A stretch of DNA of 27,932 nt from an uncultured bacterium (GTDB taxonomy: Bacteria > Hydrogenedentota > Hydrogenedentia > Hydrogenedentales > JAEUWI01): the NCBI GenBank assembly GCA_963977445.1, contig CAXBPH010000071.1:1-27932 (forward strand), in the 5' to 3' direction. Positions 9,675-17,085 of this stretch are shown in pieces. The position numbers and the translations under genes were made by a program. Positions within the stretch are counted from its first letter, which is position 1. The number at the start of each line of letters is the position of its first letter. Below the pieces are notes generated by a model. It ran no database searches, was not told the DNA's origin, and was given only the letters and a program-made list of their open reading frames with translations.

Positions 9675-10376
9675 ATGTTGCATCGATTGCAGTGTGAGCG
9701 GGGCGGGGAAACGCGGGCAGGCACGGAGGGGGAACTACGGCGCTTCGTGCTCCATCGTCATCGGGATGGAGGGGGCGCCCATCTGGATTTGCGTCTTGAG
9801 CAGGACGGCTACCTGATGGGCTATCGCATCGACGGGCCAACGCTTGAGGGAACCCGGTGGGCCACGGTAAAGGCCCCCCATCCCACAACGTGGCTGACGC
9901 AAGATGGGGAGGCCGTCCGGGAAGACGAAGGTACGTATTTCTGGGATTCCGGCGGGGGCCACGAAGGGGTGCTGGTCCTGTGTGGTGCGCGGGATACCGT
10001 GTGTATCTGGGTGGACCCGGTGGACGACGTGAGCGCGGGGGACGTGGCGGCGTTGCGGGCTGCGGCAGAGACCATGGGGCTTGGCTTGGGGGATTTGGTG
10101 GCACTCGCCGAAGATGGGAAAACTGCCCGTGACCGTGCGGTAGCCCGCTACTGTGGCCTGGGCCGCGAACTGGACGGTGAAAGTTTCGACGACGGATTGT
10201 GGCGGCGCACGCTGGCGGGCGAACGGCTCGGGGTCGTCCAGCAATATCTCCACGGATTGGAGCTTCGCTTCGATCGCAAATATCCGCCGCTCCCGGTTTC
10301 ACAACCCGTGGCACTGGAAGAGGAAGCATGCGGCGGGGAAGATTCGTTGCGGGCGTTGAGCATACTCCGGAAATGA
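9675..10376 (+). CDS. LigD-type 3'-phosphoesterase-like domain fused to a helical scaffold-like C-terminus
   Basis: RRFVLHRH-x6-HLDLRLEQDGYL, APHPTTWL and EDEGTY resemble LigD PE FVxQKH-x5-HYDFRLE..DHPxxY..WDxGTW. RBS GGAAGGGG before ATG 9675. Confidence 0.65.
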   Translation: MLHRLQCERGGETRAGTEGELRRFVLHRHRDGGGAHLDLRLEQDGYLMGYRIDGPTLEGTRWATVKAPHPTTWLTQDGEAVREDEGTYFWDSGGGHEGVLVLCGARDTVCIWVDPVDDVSAGDVAALRAAAETMGLGLGDLVALAEDGKTARDRAVARYCGLGRELDGESFDDGLWRRTLAGERLGVVQQYLHGLELRFDRKYPPLPVSQPVALEEEACGGEDSLRALSILRK

Positions 10377-10480
10377 GCGACCCATGGACGAGAGCGTCCA
10401 TCGCGTAGATTCGGTAGTCGGCATAGTTTTTGTTTCGGGGCATGGGGCCTTTGAGCAAGGTGTAGAGGAGCAAGCAAACA

Positions 10481-10861
10481 ATGGCTTTTGGTGATACGGG
10501 TGGTTCGGTTACAGAGTTGATTATTACGTGTCGCACACCGTCGGCGGGTGGTGTAGCGATTGCGAAGGGGGATGCGGTCAAGCTGTCGGGGGCCTATGTG
10601 GTCACCAACGCTACGGACGCGGAAGATGGTGTCTTCGGTGAGGCATTGGCGGCGGCCACGGAGAATGACGTGGCGATTCCGGTGAAGGTGCGGGGTATCA
10701 GTATCTTCACCTATACGGGGACGGCCCCCACGGTGGATGGCGAGCAGGGCGTGGTGACATCGGCGACGGATGGTTCGGTGAAGGCACCGGCGTCGGGCAA
10801 TGGTCGGGGCATCAATGTGAAGGTTGATGCTACGGCCTCGTTGGTTCACGTGTTGCTCTAA
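10481..10861 (+). CDS. Capsid decoration/cement-like protein
   Basis: 126 aa, Gly/Ala/Thr/Val-rich beta pattern (IAKGDAVKL, FGEALAAA, IPVKVRGI); directly upstream of the capsid gene; AGGAG RBS. Confidence 0.65.
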   Translation: MAFGDTGGSVTELIITCRTPSAGGVAIAKGDAVKLSGAYVVTNATDAEDGVFGEALAAATENDVAIPVKVRGISIFTYTGTAPTVDGEQGVVTSATDGSVKAPASGNGRGINVKVDATASLVHVLL

Positions 10862-11065
10862 TTGGGGCGGGTGGCGCTTGGAGGACCTTTGCGTTCTCGC
10901 ACCCGTAAACGTGGTCGCGGCGCTCCCGTGTGTACGGGTGGCACCCTTGCAGTGCTTCTGGGTGGGGTAGAGTTCCTTTTGGGGCTCTTGCACCAGCAAA
11001 CATACGCGTCTGGTTAGTAACGGTTGGCATGGGCGTGTCCCGTGCAATGGATAAAGGGGAAATAC

Positions 11066-12115
11066 ATGGCTTATCAAGATACACAGATGAAAGAACAGAT
11101 TCGCTTTCTGTCGCAGTCGCCCGATGCCTTGCGGCAGGTGCGTGGGCAGGGGCTCTATGAAACGCTGAACAATCTGGGCTTGACCCACCAGCATTATTTT
11201 CGTGCCCTCGATACCTCGGTGCAGGATTACTGTGCCCAGGAATTCGGCATCGATATGAATCGGGTTACGGTGGACCGGTTTTTCCAGTCGGACCCGAATG
11301 CCAAGTGGCTTTTTCCCGATGTGGTGCGGGAGGCGGTGCTGACCGGGCTCCAGCGTAAGCCCGTGTATCCCGACCTGATTATGCACGACCAGCGGGTGGA
11401 GGGGACCGCCTGCGATGTGCCCTACGTCACGGAAGATGCCGGAAACGAGGAGCTTCGCAGTGTGGCCGAGGGGGCCGCGATTCCGGAATCGGAAATCCTC
11501 TATGGCGACCGCATCGTGAAGCTCGACAAGAAAGGCCGGGGCGTGCTGGCCTCCTATGAGGCGGTGCGCCGCATGAGTGTGGACATGTTGCGGGTCCACC
11601 TCCAGCGGATGGGTGAGCGACTGGGCCGCAGTCTGGATGCCCGTCTGGCTACAGTTTTGGCCGAGGGGGATTCGTCCGGCTCGGGCACGGCACCGGTGGT
11701 CATGAATACGGCGACGGCGGATACCTGGACCTATGGCGACTTGGTGGCGGCCTATATGAAGTTGAGCCAGGAGCACTACTTCACGCCGACGCACATGATC
11801 GTGGATAACGCCACGGCCCAGTCGGTGTTGCAACTGTCTCAGATCGCCGACAGTGCCCTCTTCGATTTCGCCAAGACCGGCAATCTGCCCACACCGCTCG
11901 GCGTGCAGCTCGTGCCCCTGGCCGATCAGCCGGCGGACACGGTGACCTTGTTGGACGCGGGCTTCGCCGTTCAGAAACTGACGGAACAGGATCTCATGGT
12001 GGAGTCGGACAAACTTATCAGCCAGCAGTGGGACCGGACCTATCTCACGGTGGTGACGGATTTTGCCATTACCTATGACAAGGCCCGTGTGGTGATGACG
12101 AGTGACTGGAGCTAG
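11066..12115 (+). CDS. HK97-fold major capsid protein
   Basis: About 349 aa; LFPDVV, VAEGAAIPE (E-loop), VKLDKKGRGVLASYEAVRR and LQRMGERLGRSLDARL spine helix; AAGGGG RBS. The true start is likely 11066 rather than 11024. Confidence 0.88.
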   Translation: MAYQDTQMKEQIRFLSQSPDALRQVRGQGLYETLNNLGLTHQHYFRALDTSVQDYCAQEFGIDMNRVTVDRFFQSDPNAKWLFPDVVREAVLTGLQRKPVYPDLIMHDQRVEGTACDVPYVTEDAGNEELRSVAEGAAIPESEILYGDRIVKLDKKGRGVLASYEAVRRMSVDMLRVHLQRMGERLGRSLDARLATVLAEGDSSGSGTAPVVMNTATADTWTYGDLVAAYMKLSQEHYFTPTHMIVDNATAQSVLQLSQIADSALFDFAKTGNLPTPLGVQLVPLADQPADTVTLLDAGFAVQKLTEQDLMVESDKLISQQWDRTYLTVVTDFAITYDKARVVMTSDWS

Positions 12116-12153
12116 GCGCTCAGCGGGTTGAGGCAGGGAACAGACCGGTGAAT

Positions 12154-12193
12154 CGGGTGCTGTGGGTGGCCAGGTGGTTGCCTGCAGCACCCG
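12154..12193 (+). terminator. Long RNA stem-loop after the capsid gene (attenuator or 3' stabiliser)
   Basis: CGGGTGCTGTGGGTGGCC-AGGT-GGTTGCCTGCAGCACCCG forms an 18-bp stem in which every non-Watson-Crick pair is G-U on the + strand. Only a weak U tail (TCTT). Confidence 0.6.
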
Positions 12194-12225
12194 TCTTGGC
12201 GTGGCGAAACGTGGGGAGTGTGGCT

Positions 12226-12639
12226 ATGGCGGCATGGGCGACGGAAGTCGGGGTTCGGTTGCGGGTACAGGTGGACGATGTGGGTGTGGCGAGTTCCGCA
12301 TTGGTGACCGCCTGCATTGAAGAGGCCCACGAACGGATTCTGGCCGAATTGGATGAGAGCATCGATGTAGAGGCGGCACCGGAGGCATTGGCGCAGGGGG
12401 AAACGCTGCTGGCGGCAGCGGGACTCATGAGCGCCCTGGCCTCCGGGGATGCGGCGGAGCAGGTGTCCCTGCAGATTGGTGGACAACGAATCGATGGGGG
12501 GCAGCGCTTCGCTTCTCTCCTGAGTGTGGCCCGTCGCTTTGAAAAAGAAGCGGCGGTTCTCCTTGCGCCCTATATGCGCAGGGCGTTGGCACAGGTTCCG
12601 GGGGACGTGACGAAATCAATCGACGTGCTGGGCGACTGA
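12226..12639 (+). CDS. Head-tail adaptor/connector-like protein
   Basis: 137 aa, helical (WATEVGVR..LVTACIEEAHERI..SLQIGG..LLAPY), the pattern of gp6/gp15/gp36-type adaptors; follows the capsid gene; GGGGAG RBS. Confidence 0.6.
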   Translation: MAAWATEVGVRLRVQVDDVGVASSALVTACIEEAHERILAELDESIDVEAAPEALAQGETLLAAAGLMSALASGDAAEQVSLQIGGQRIDGGQRFASLLSVARRFEKEAAVLLAPYMRRALAQVPGDVTKSIDVLGD

Positions 12640-12666
12640 GCGGGTTCGGGGTAGAAAGGGGGAAGG

Positions 12667-13350
12667 ATGGCAATTTCTGTTGGGGACTATTCCTTTGATG
12701 AGCGCCACACGACGGCACGGGAAACCTATGAAGCCGTGGGGGGCAAAGAAACACGGGTCGTTACAATTACGGGACTGCTGCGGGGCGCAGCGGATCGGGC
12801 GGCCCTCGACGGCGCGCTGGACACGATTATGCAATTGGCTTCTGCGGAGGAGAGCGTTTCGGTGTCTGTTCGTTCGGGACGACGTATCCTGGCCCGTCGG
12901 GAGAGTTTTTCGCGGGAGGTCAACGAACGTACGCTGACGGGGCAGTTTGTGTTGACCATGCGCGCCGACGAGGCCTTCGAGGAGTCTGTCGTCCTGCACG
13001 AAACGGCCTGGAGTATTGGTGCATCCGGCGCGACCCTTGAGCTGAGTCCGGGAGGATCGGCGGCGAGTCCGGCGGTGATTAGCATCGATGCCCTCGGGGA
13101 ACTGGTGGCCCCGACACTGAGTGACGGAACCCGGACGTTGACCTACGAAGGGGTGGTGCCTCTGGGGGCGCTGTTTGTGGTGGATGGGGAGGCCGCTCAG
13201 GTATGGATTGACGACGAAGACGTGACGCCCTATACCGTGGGGGCTTTTCCTGAGCTGGGGCCGGGCGCAACGACCCTGACCTACAGCGACGGCGCGACGA
13301 GCAGTCATCTTGCCGATGGGGTGGTGGCCTATCGTGATCGGTGGTGGTAG
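12667..13350 (+). CDS. Distal tail protein (Dit)-like siphovirus baseplate component
   Basis: Pattern RVVTITG, FVLTMRADEAF, PAVISI, FVVDG, FPELGPGATTL and terminal YRDRWW is typical of Dit proteins; strong purine-rich RBS. Confidence 0.7.
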   Translation: MAISVGDYSFDERHTTARETYEAVGGKETRVVTITGLLRGAADRAALDGALDTIMQLASAEESVSVSVRSGRRILARRESFSREVNERTLTGQFVLTMRADEAFEESVVLHETAWSIGASGATLELSPGGSAASPAVISIDALGELVAPTLSDGTRTLTYEGVVPLGALFVVDGEAAQVWIDDEDVTPYTVGAFPELGPGATTLTYSDGATSSHLADGVVAYRDRWW

Positions 13351-13352
13351 CC

Positions 13353-15092
13353 ATGACTTATGTCGTAGAAGTCGTTGACCGGAATGGCCTGCGGGTGGGA
13401 CGTTTCACCGACGTACCCCTGCTGGAAGTTACACGCACGGGTCCCGATGGTGACGACCGTATCGAGGGACTGCTGCCCCTGTCGCTGGCGCGCTTTGGCG
13501 TGGGCTATACCGTGCGGGTATTGGTGGAGGGCGCGGTGGTGGCTCACGGCACTGTGACGTCCGCCCGACCCGCGTGGGGCGACATACGTCGATTGATTGT
13601 GGACCGGTACGTAGATTTTCAGGAGCTCTTATCCGTCGTCGCCATTGGTCGGTGGGAGCCCTGGAATCGCCACGTTTCCGTGCGTATGGAAAACAGGCCG
13701 GTCGATGAGATGGTGCGTACCTTAATCAATCATGCCCTGGGGGCCGTGCACTACACGGTTGCCCATGGGGCCTATCCCGATGGGGCCGTTCGAGAATATG
13801 AGAAGTTCATCGCCCGTAAGGCATTGGCTGGGGCCCTGCCCTATGGGGGCATCGACAGTGGTCAGTGGGTGGGTGGCGCGCGCATTGACACGACCGGAGC
13901 CTATGCGAAGGACGGAGATACCATCGCGGGCCTGGTGGTGGATGGGGTGACCTGGCCGGACCTGCGCTTGATGATGGTCGACTGCGAGGAAAGCAGTCTC
14001 AACAGCCACGGTATAGGACGCCATCCGGAAACGGCGACCTGGGACAGTGCCCGCTACGCCCGTAGCGTGTATAAGCAGCGGGCCGATGGCGCTACCGCAC
14101 GGCTGCAGGCCTATATGGATGAAAAGGGCATTGATTATATCGAGCTCAATCCCCACCAGGATGGAGGCGGCGACTACGATGACCGGGTGGATGCCTATGG
14201 GCGCTACATTGGCCTGGTCTACGGCGGTGGGGAATGTTTCAACGCGGGGCTGGTGGAAGAGGGGCATGGGGACGTCTATCTCTACGACGACGGCCGCTTT
14301 CATGTGCCGGAGATGGCGCTGAAAGACTTTTACTCCTACGTGGGCGAACACGAAGACTCCATCGCCCCGTGTGAGACGGTGGTGGGTGCGCTGGACATCC
14401 GGGGTGGGGTCCTGGAGGCCATAACGGCCCTGGCGGCCATGGGCGATGGCTATGTGTTTCAGGTGGATGTCGATGGGGGCGTCCATTTTCGACGGGGAGA
14501 CGTGGTCGACGCCGTGGTGCCCGTCGTGCCAACGACGGTGGGCGTAGAACTCGGTCGGGATATCGCCGGGTTGGCCAATTTGCTGCACATTGAGGGGAAT
14601 CCCATCGATGGCGTGGCAGACGACTATTATGCTCAGGAGGAAAGTATCGATCTGTTGGGCACCGCTTCGCGCTACTTTCCGTATTACGCCCTGAGTCGTG
14701 TCGACGACGGGGCCCTCCTGGGGCAGGGGTTGCTGCGGGATCTGGCGTGGCCGGCTCGGGTGGGGCGGGCCTTGTTCTATCGGGGCGTGGCGCACCTTGT
14801 GCCGGGGACGCTACTCGAGTTTCGCGGGGACGTGCTCGAAGAGCGAGACGAGCCCGTGGCAGCGGGATGGGCCGATCGGCTCGGGCAGCGGTTGGTCGGT
14901 CGGGTAAGTCGCGTGGTCCATCGGCTGGCGGGCGCAACCGTGGAGACCCAGCTGGACTTGACCTCGCCCTATCGCTCGGTGGCCTCGCCCCTGAGTTTTA
15001 TCACGCGGAGTCAGGATAGTTTGTCCGAGTTTTTTCAATTTCGTCTGGATGACCCGACGATTGGGTTGGATATCGGGTTCCACCTGGATTGA
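13353..15092 (+). CDS. Baseplate hub/Tal-like tail protein with an inserted staphylococcal nuclease (thermonuclease) domain
   Basis: Follows Dit. Hub-like N-terminus (YVVEVVDRNG) and C-terminus (VLEAITALA..FQVDVDGGVHFR..LANLLHIEG..ESIDLLG). Internal DGDT, LRLMMVDCEE and DAYGRYIGLVY..FNAGLVEEG SNase motifs. Confidence 0.75.
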   Translation: MTYVVEVVDRNGLRVGRFTDVPLLEVTRTGPDGDDRIEGLLPLSLARFGVGYTVRVLVEGAVVAHGTVTSARPAWGDIRRLIVDRYVDFQELLSVVAIGRWEPWNRHVSVRMENRPVDEMVRTLINHALGAVHYTVAHGAYPDGAVREYEKFIARKALAGALPYGGIDSGQWVGGARIDTTGAYAKDGDTIAGLVVDGVTWPDLRLMMVDCEESSLNSHGIGRHPETATWDSARYARSVYKQRADGATARLQAYMDEKGIDYIELNPHQDGGGDYDDRVDAYGRYIGLVYGGGECFNAGLVEEGHGDVYLYDDGRFHVPEMALKDFYSYVGEHEDSIAPCETVVGALDIRGGVLEAITALAAMGDGYVFQVDVDGGVHFRRGDVVDAVVPVVPTTVGVELGRDIAGLANLLHIEGNPIDGVADDYYAQEESIDLLGTASRYFPYYALSRVDDGALLGQGLLRDLAWPARVGRALFYRGVAHLVPGTLLEFRGDVLEERDEPVAAGWADRLGQRLVGRVSRVVHRLAGATVETQLDLTSPYRSVASPLSFITRSQDSLSEFFQFRLDDPTIGLDIGFHLD

Positions 15093-15134
15093 GGGTAGTT
15101 CAACGACGGTGGCAACGCAGGGGAGGGAATTAAC

Positions 15135-15656
15135 GTGGCGATTAAAGGACAGTCCTACACCAAGACGCAGTGGATATTTGAGGAACGTCCCGTTTCGAGC
15201 GCGAAACTGAATCAATGGGATGACCGCATTGAGGCGGCGCTGGAAATGGCGTTTTTCCTGTTGAACCAGGCCTGGGGTGGCGGTAGTGGCGTATTGCGGG
15301 GAGTGAGCGCCGGAACGCTGGCGGTGACGCCTGATTCGCCGGAGAGCATGTCCGTCATCGTCGATGGAGGCTATGCCTTTGTGGAGTCCTACCCCTTTCG
15401 GTTGACGGAGGCATCGGCTGTGGCGGCGATTGTGCCGCCGACATCATTGGGGCGAATCGACCTCGTGCTGACGGATTTGTCGACCTGGGGCATTGTCGTG
15501 AAAAAGGGGCTGGAATCGGCATCGCCCGTCGCGCCCGATGTGGGGGCCGGCACCATGGCCCTGGCGGAATTGGTGTTGCGTCCGGGCATGTCGTCAATCC
15601 GGTCGATTGACGATGGGGTAAATGGGTATATCACGGATGTGCGTACCTTCCTGTAG
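15135..15656 (+). CDS. Minor tail/baseplate structural protein
   Basis: N-terminal YTKTQW..SAKLNQ motif seen in tail fibre/upper baseplate proteins; MSVIVDGGYAF, RIDLV, PVAP and LAELVL minor tail pattern; GGGAGG RBS before GTG. Confidence 0.6.
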   Translation: MAIKGQSYTKTQWIFEERPVSSAKLNQWDDRIEAALEMAFFLLNQAWGGGSGVLRGVSAGTLAVTPDSPESMSVIVDGGYAFVESYPFRLTEASAVAAIVPPTSLGRIDLVLTDLSTWGIVVKKGLESASPVAPDVGAGTMALAELVLRPGMSSIRSIDDGVNGYITDVRTFL

Positions 15657-15713
15657 GCCGTGATGGTCTTACAGGCGGCGCACGGGGTCAATACAAAGGA
15701 GGCATGGAAAGCT

Positions 15714-16064
15714 ATGGGAATCGACGTAGGGGTAACGGTACTGGGCACGGTGCTTGGCGGGCTGTGGGCGACTTTCAAGGCAAGTGATCGCTATCAGCGG
15801 ATGGAGCAGCGCCGATTTCGGCAGGCGCTCCTCGCACTCGAAAGTGGGGTCGAGCGGACCTATCAGGCCTATGTGAAGGCCATTAAGGCGGGGCGGGCCG
15901 ATGGGCGGCTTACGGAAGAGGAGAAGGCCCGGGCACGCTCCATGGCGCGCATGCGGGCCATCAAGCTGGCGCGGGAGGAGGGCATTGATCTGCTGCGCAC
16001 CATCGGGGAGGACTACATCGATGTGTGGATTGGCCGCCTTATTGGACGACGGAAAAGAATTTAG
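15714..16064 (+). CDS. Holin-like membrane protein (one N-terminal transmembrane helix plus charged helical tail)
   Basis: VGVTVLGTVLGGLWATF transmembrane segment, then GVERTYQAYVKAIK..GRLTEEEK; last gene of the virion operon; AAGGAGG RBS. Confidence 0.5.
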   Translation: MGIDVGVTVLGTVLGGLWATFKASDRYQRMEQRRFRQALLALESGVERTYQAYVKAIKAGRADGRLTEEEKARARSMARMRAIKLAREEGIDLLRTIGEDYIDVWIGRLIGRRKRI

Positions 16065-16091
16065 AATGGTGAATTTAGAATAGTGAATTAA
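16057..16091. repeat. Heptamer tandem repeat (GAATNNN)x5
   Basis: GAATTTA GAATGGT GAATTTA GAATAGT GAATTAA, overlapping the stop of the holin-like gene. Confidence 0.7.
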
Positions 16092-16154
16092 ATGGTCTCA
16101 CCATCAGGTTGTTGACGTTGGGTGCTGATTGGCGTAGGCTGGATAAAGATAGTG

Positions 16155-16197
16155 GGCGGGGGCGCTTCCATTTTGGGGGGCGCCCCCGCCTTTGTTT
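16155..16197 (+). terminator. Rho-independent terminator closing the virion operon
   Basis: GGCGGGGGCGC / GCGCCCCCGCC 11-bp stem, extendable inward by G-U pairs, followed by TTTGTTT. Confidence 0.8.
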
Positions 16198-16246
16198 ATG
16201 CCGCGATAGGCAATCAACGCTATGACGTTGAATGGAGGATAGTGCC

Positions 16247-16783
16247 ATGTTAGAAGACAATCCCTTACTGCACAAACGTGTATTAATCCTGGTGGGCGAA
16301 ATTTATGAAGACCTGGAGTTGTGGTACCCCAAGCTCCGGCTGGAAGAGGCGGGCGCAAATGTTACGGTGGCGGGTCCCGAAGCCGGGGTGAAGTACAACG
16401 GCAAGCACGGCTACCCCTGCGTGTCGGAAGCCCGAATCGACGACATGCTGGAAGCGGATTTTGACGGACTCATCGTGCCCGGCGGCTTCATGCCCGATGT
16501 TCTCCGTCGCGACCCAGCGGTACTGAAGCTGGTGAGCGATTTTGCAGCGTCGGGAAAGCTGGTGGCGGCCATCTGTCACGCGGGCTGGATTCCCATTTCG
16601 GCGAAGGTCTACAGCGGCGTCCGGGTGACGGGTTCACCGGGGATCAAGGATGATTTGGTTAACGCCGGGGCGATTTTTGAAGACGCCGAGGTGGTGGTGG
16701 ACCGACACTTTATTTCCAGCCGCCGTCCGGGCGATTTGCCAGCCTTCTGCAAGGCAATCATCGAATTCATGGCCCAAGCCTAG
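16247..16783 (+). CDS. pfpI: PfpI/DJ-1 family type 1 glutamine amidotransferase-like protein (protease I/deglycase)
   Basis: YEDLELWYP, VPGGFMPD, AAICHAGW (nucleophile Cys-His) and SRRPGDL motifs; GGAGG RBS. Confidence 0.9.
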   Translation: MLEDNPLLHKRVLILVGEIYEDLELWYPKLRLEEAGANVTVAGPEAGVKYNGKHGYPCVSEARIDDMLEADFDGLIVPGGFMPDVLRRDPAVLKLVSDFAASGKLVAAICHAGWIPISAKVYSGVRVTGSPGIKDDLVNAGAIFEDAEVVVDRHFISSRRPGDLPAFCKAIIEFMAQA

Positions 16784-16787
16784 CCCC

Positions 16788-17037
16788 CGGGGACTGCACC
16801 GACGTCGTAACCCCAGGCATGTATGAATGACGTCGTGGCAAGCCGAACGTTGGTGGTGGGGGAAGTGCATCGGGGACTGCACCGACGTAGTAACCCCAGG
16901 CATGTATGAATGACGTCGTGGCGAGCCGAACGTTGGTGGTGAGGGAAGTGCATCGGGGACTGCACCGACGTAGTAACCCCAGGCATGTATGAATGACGTC
17001 GTCGCGAGCCGAGAGTTGGTGGTGAGGGAAGTAACAT
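16788..17037. repeat. Tandem array of three near-identical 83-bp units
   Basis: Units start at 16788, 16871 and 16954: CGGGGACTGCACCGACGT(C/A)GTAACCCCAGGCATGTATGAATGACGTCGT...GTTGGTGGTG(G/A)GGGAAGT. Lies between convergent genes. Confidence 0.95.
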
Positions 17038-17085
17038 AGGATAGTCGGGGCCGTCCCCCTGAGGGGATGACGTGGGAGGAAACTC

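Larger units (their letters stand above)
7464..16197 (+). mobile_element. Phage-derived virion gene cluster (GTA-like element or reduced prophage)
   Basis: Eleven co-oriented intact structural/lysis-like ORFs with RBSs and a closing terminator. No integrase, att site, terminase or replication gene is visible. Confidence 0.75.

Noticed and set aside
11066..12115. Encapsulin nanocompartment
   Set aside because: The capsid gene is accompanied by portal, prohead protease, adaptor and baseplate genes, which encapsulin loci lack.
10148..12190. 680-aa minus-strand ORF
   Set aside because: Antisense shadow of the decoration and capsid genes in high-GC DNA, with no recognisable motif.
12667..15656. 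Tailocin / eCIS / T6SS
   Set aside because: No sheath, tube or contractile baseplate wedge genes, and a full head module is present.
7464..16197. Complete inducible prophage
   Set aside because: No integrase, repressor, replication, terminase, tape measure or att repeats are visible, and host genes flank both sides.
16788..17037. CRISPR array
   Set aside because: The units are near-identical along their whole 83-bp length with no unique spacers, and there are no cas genes in the window.
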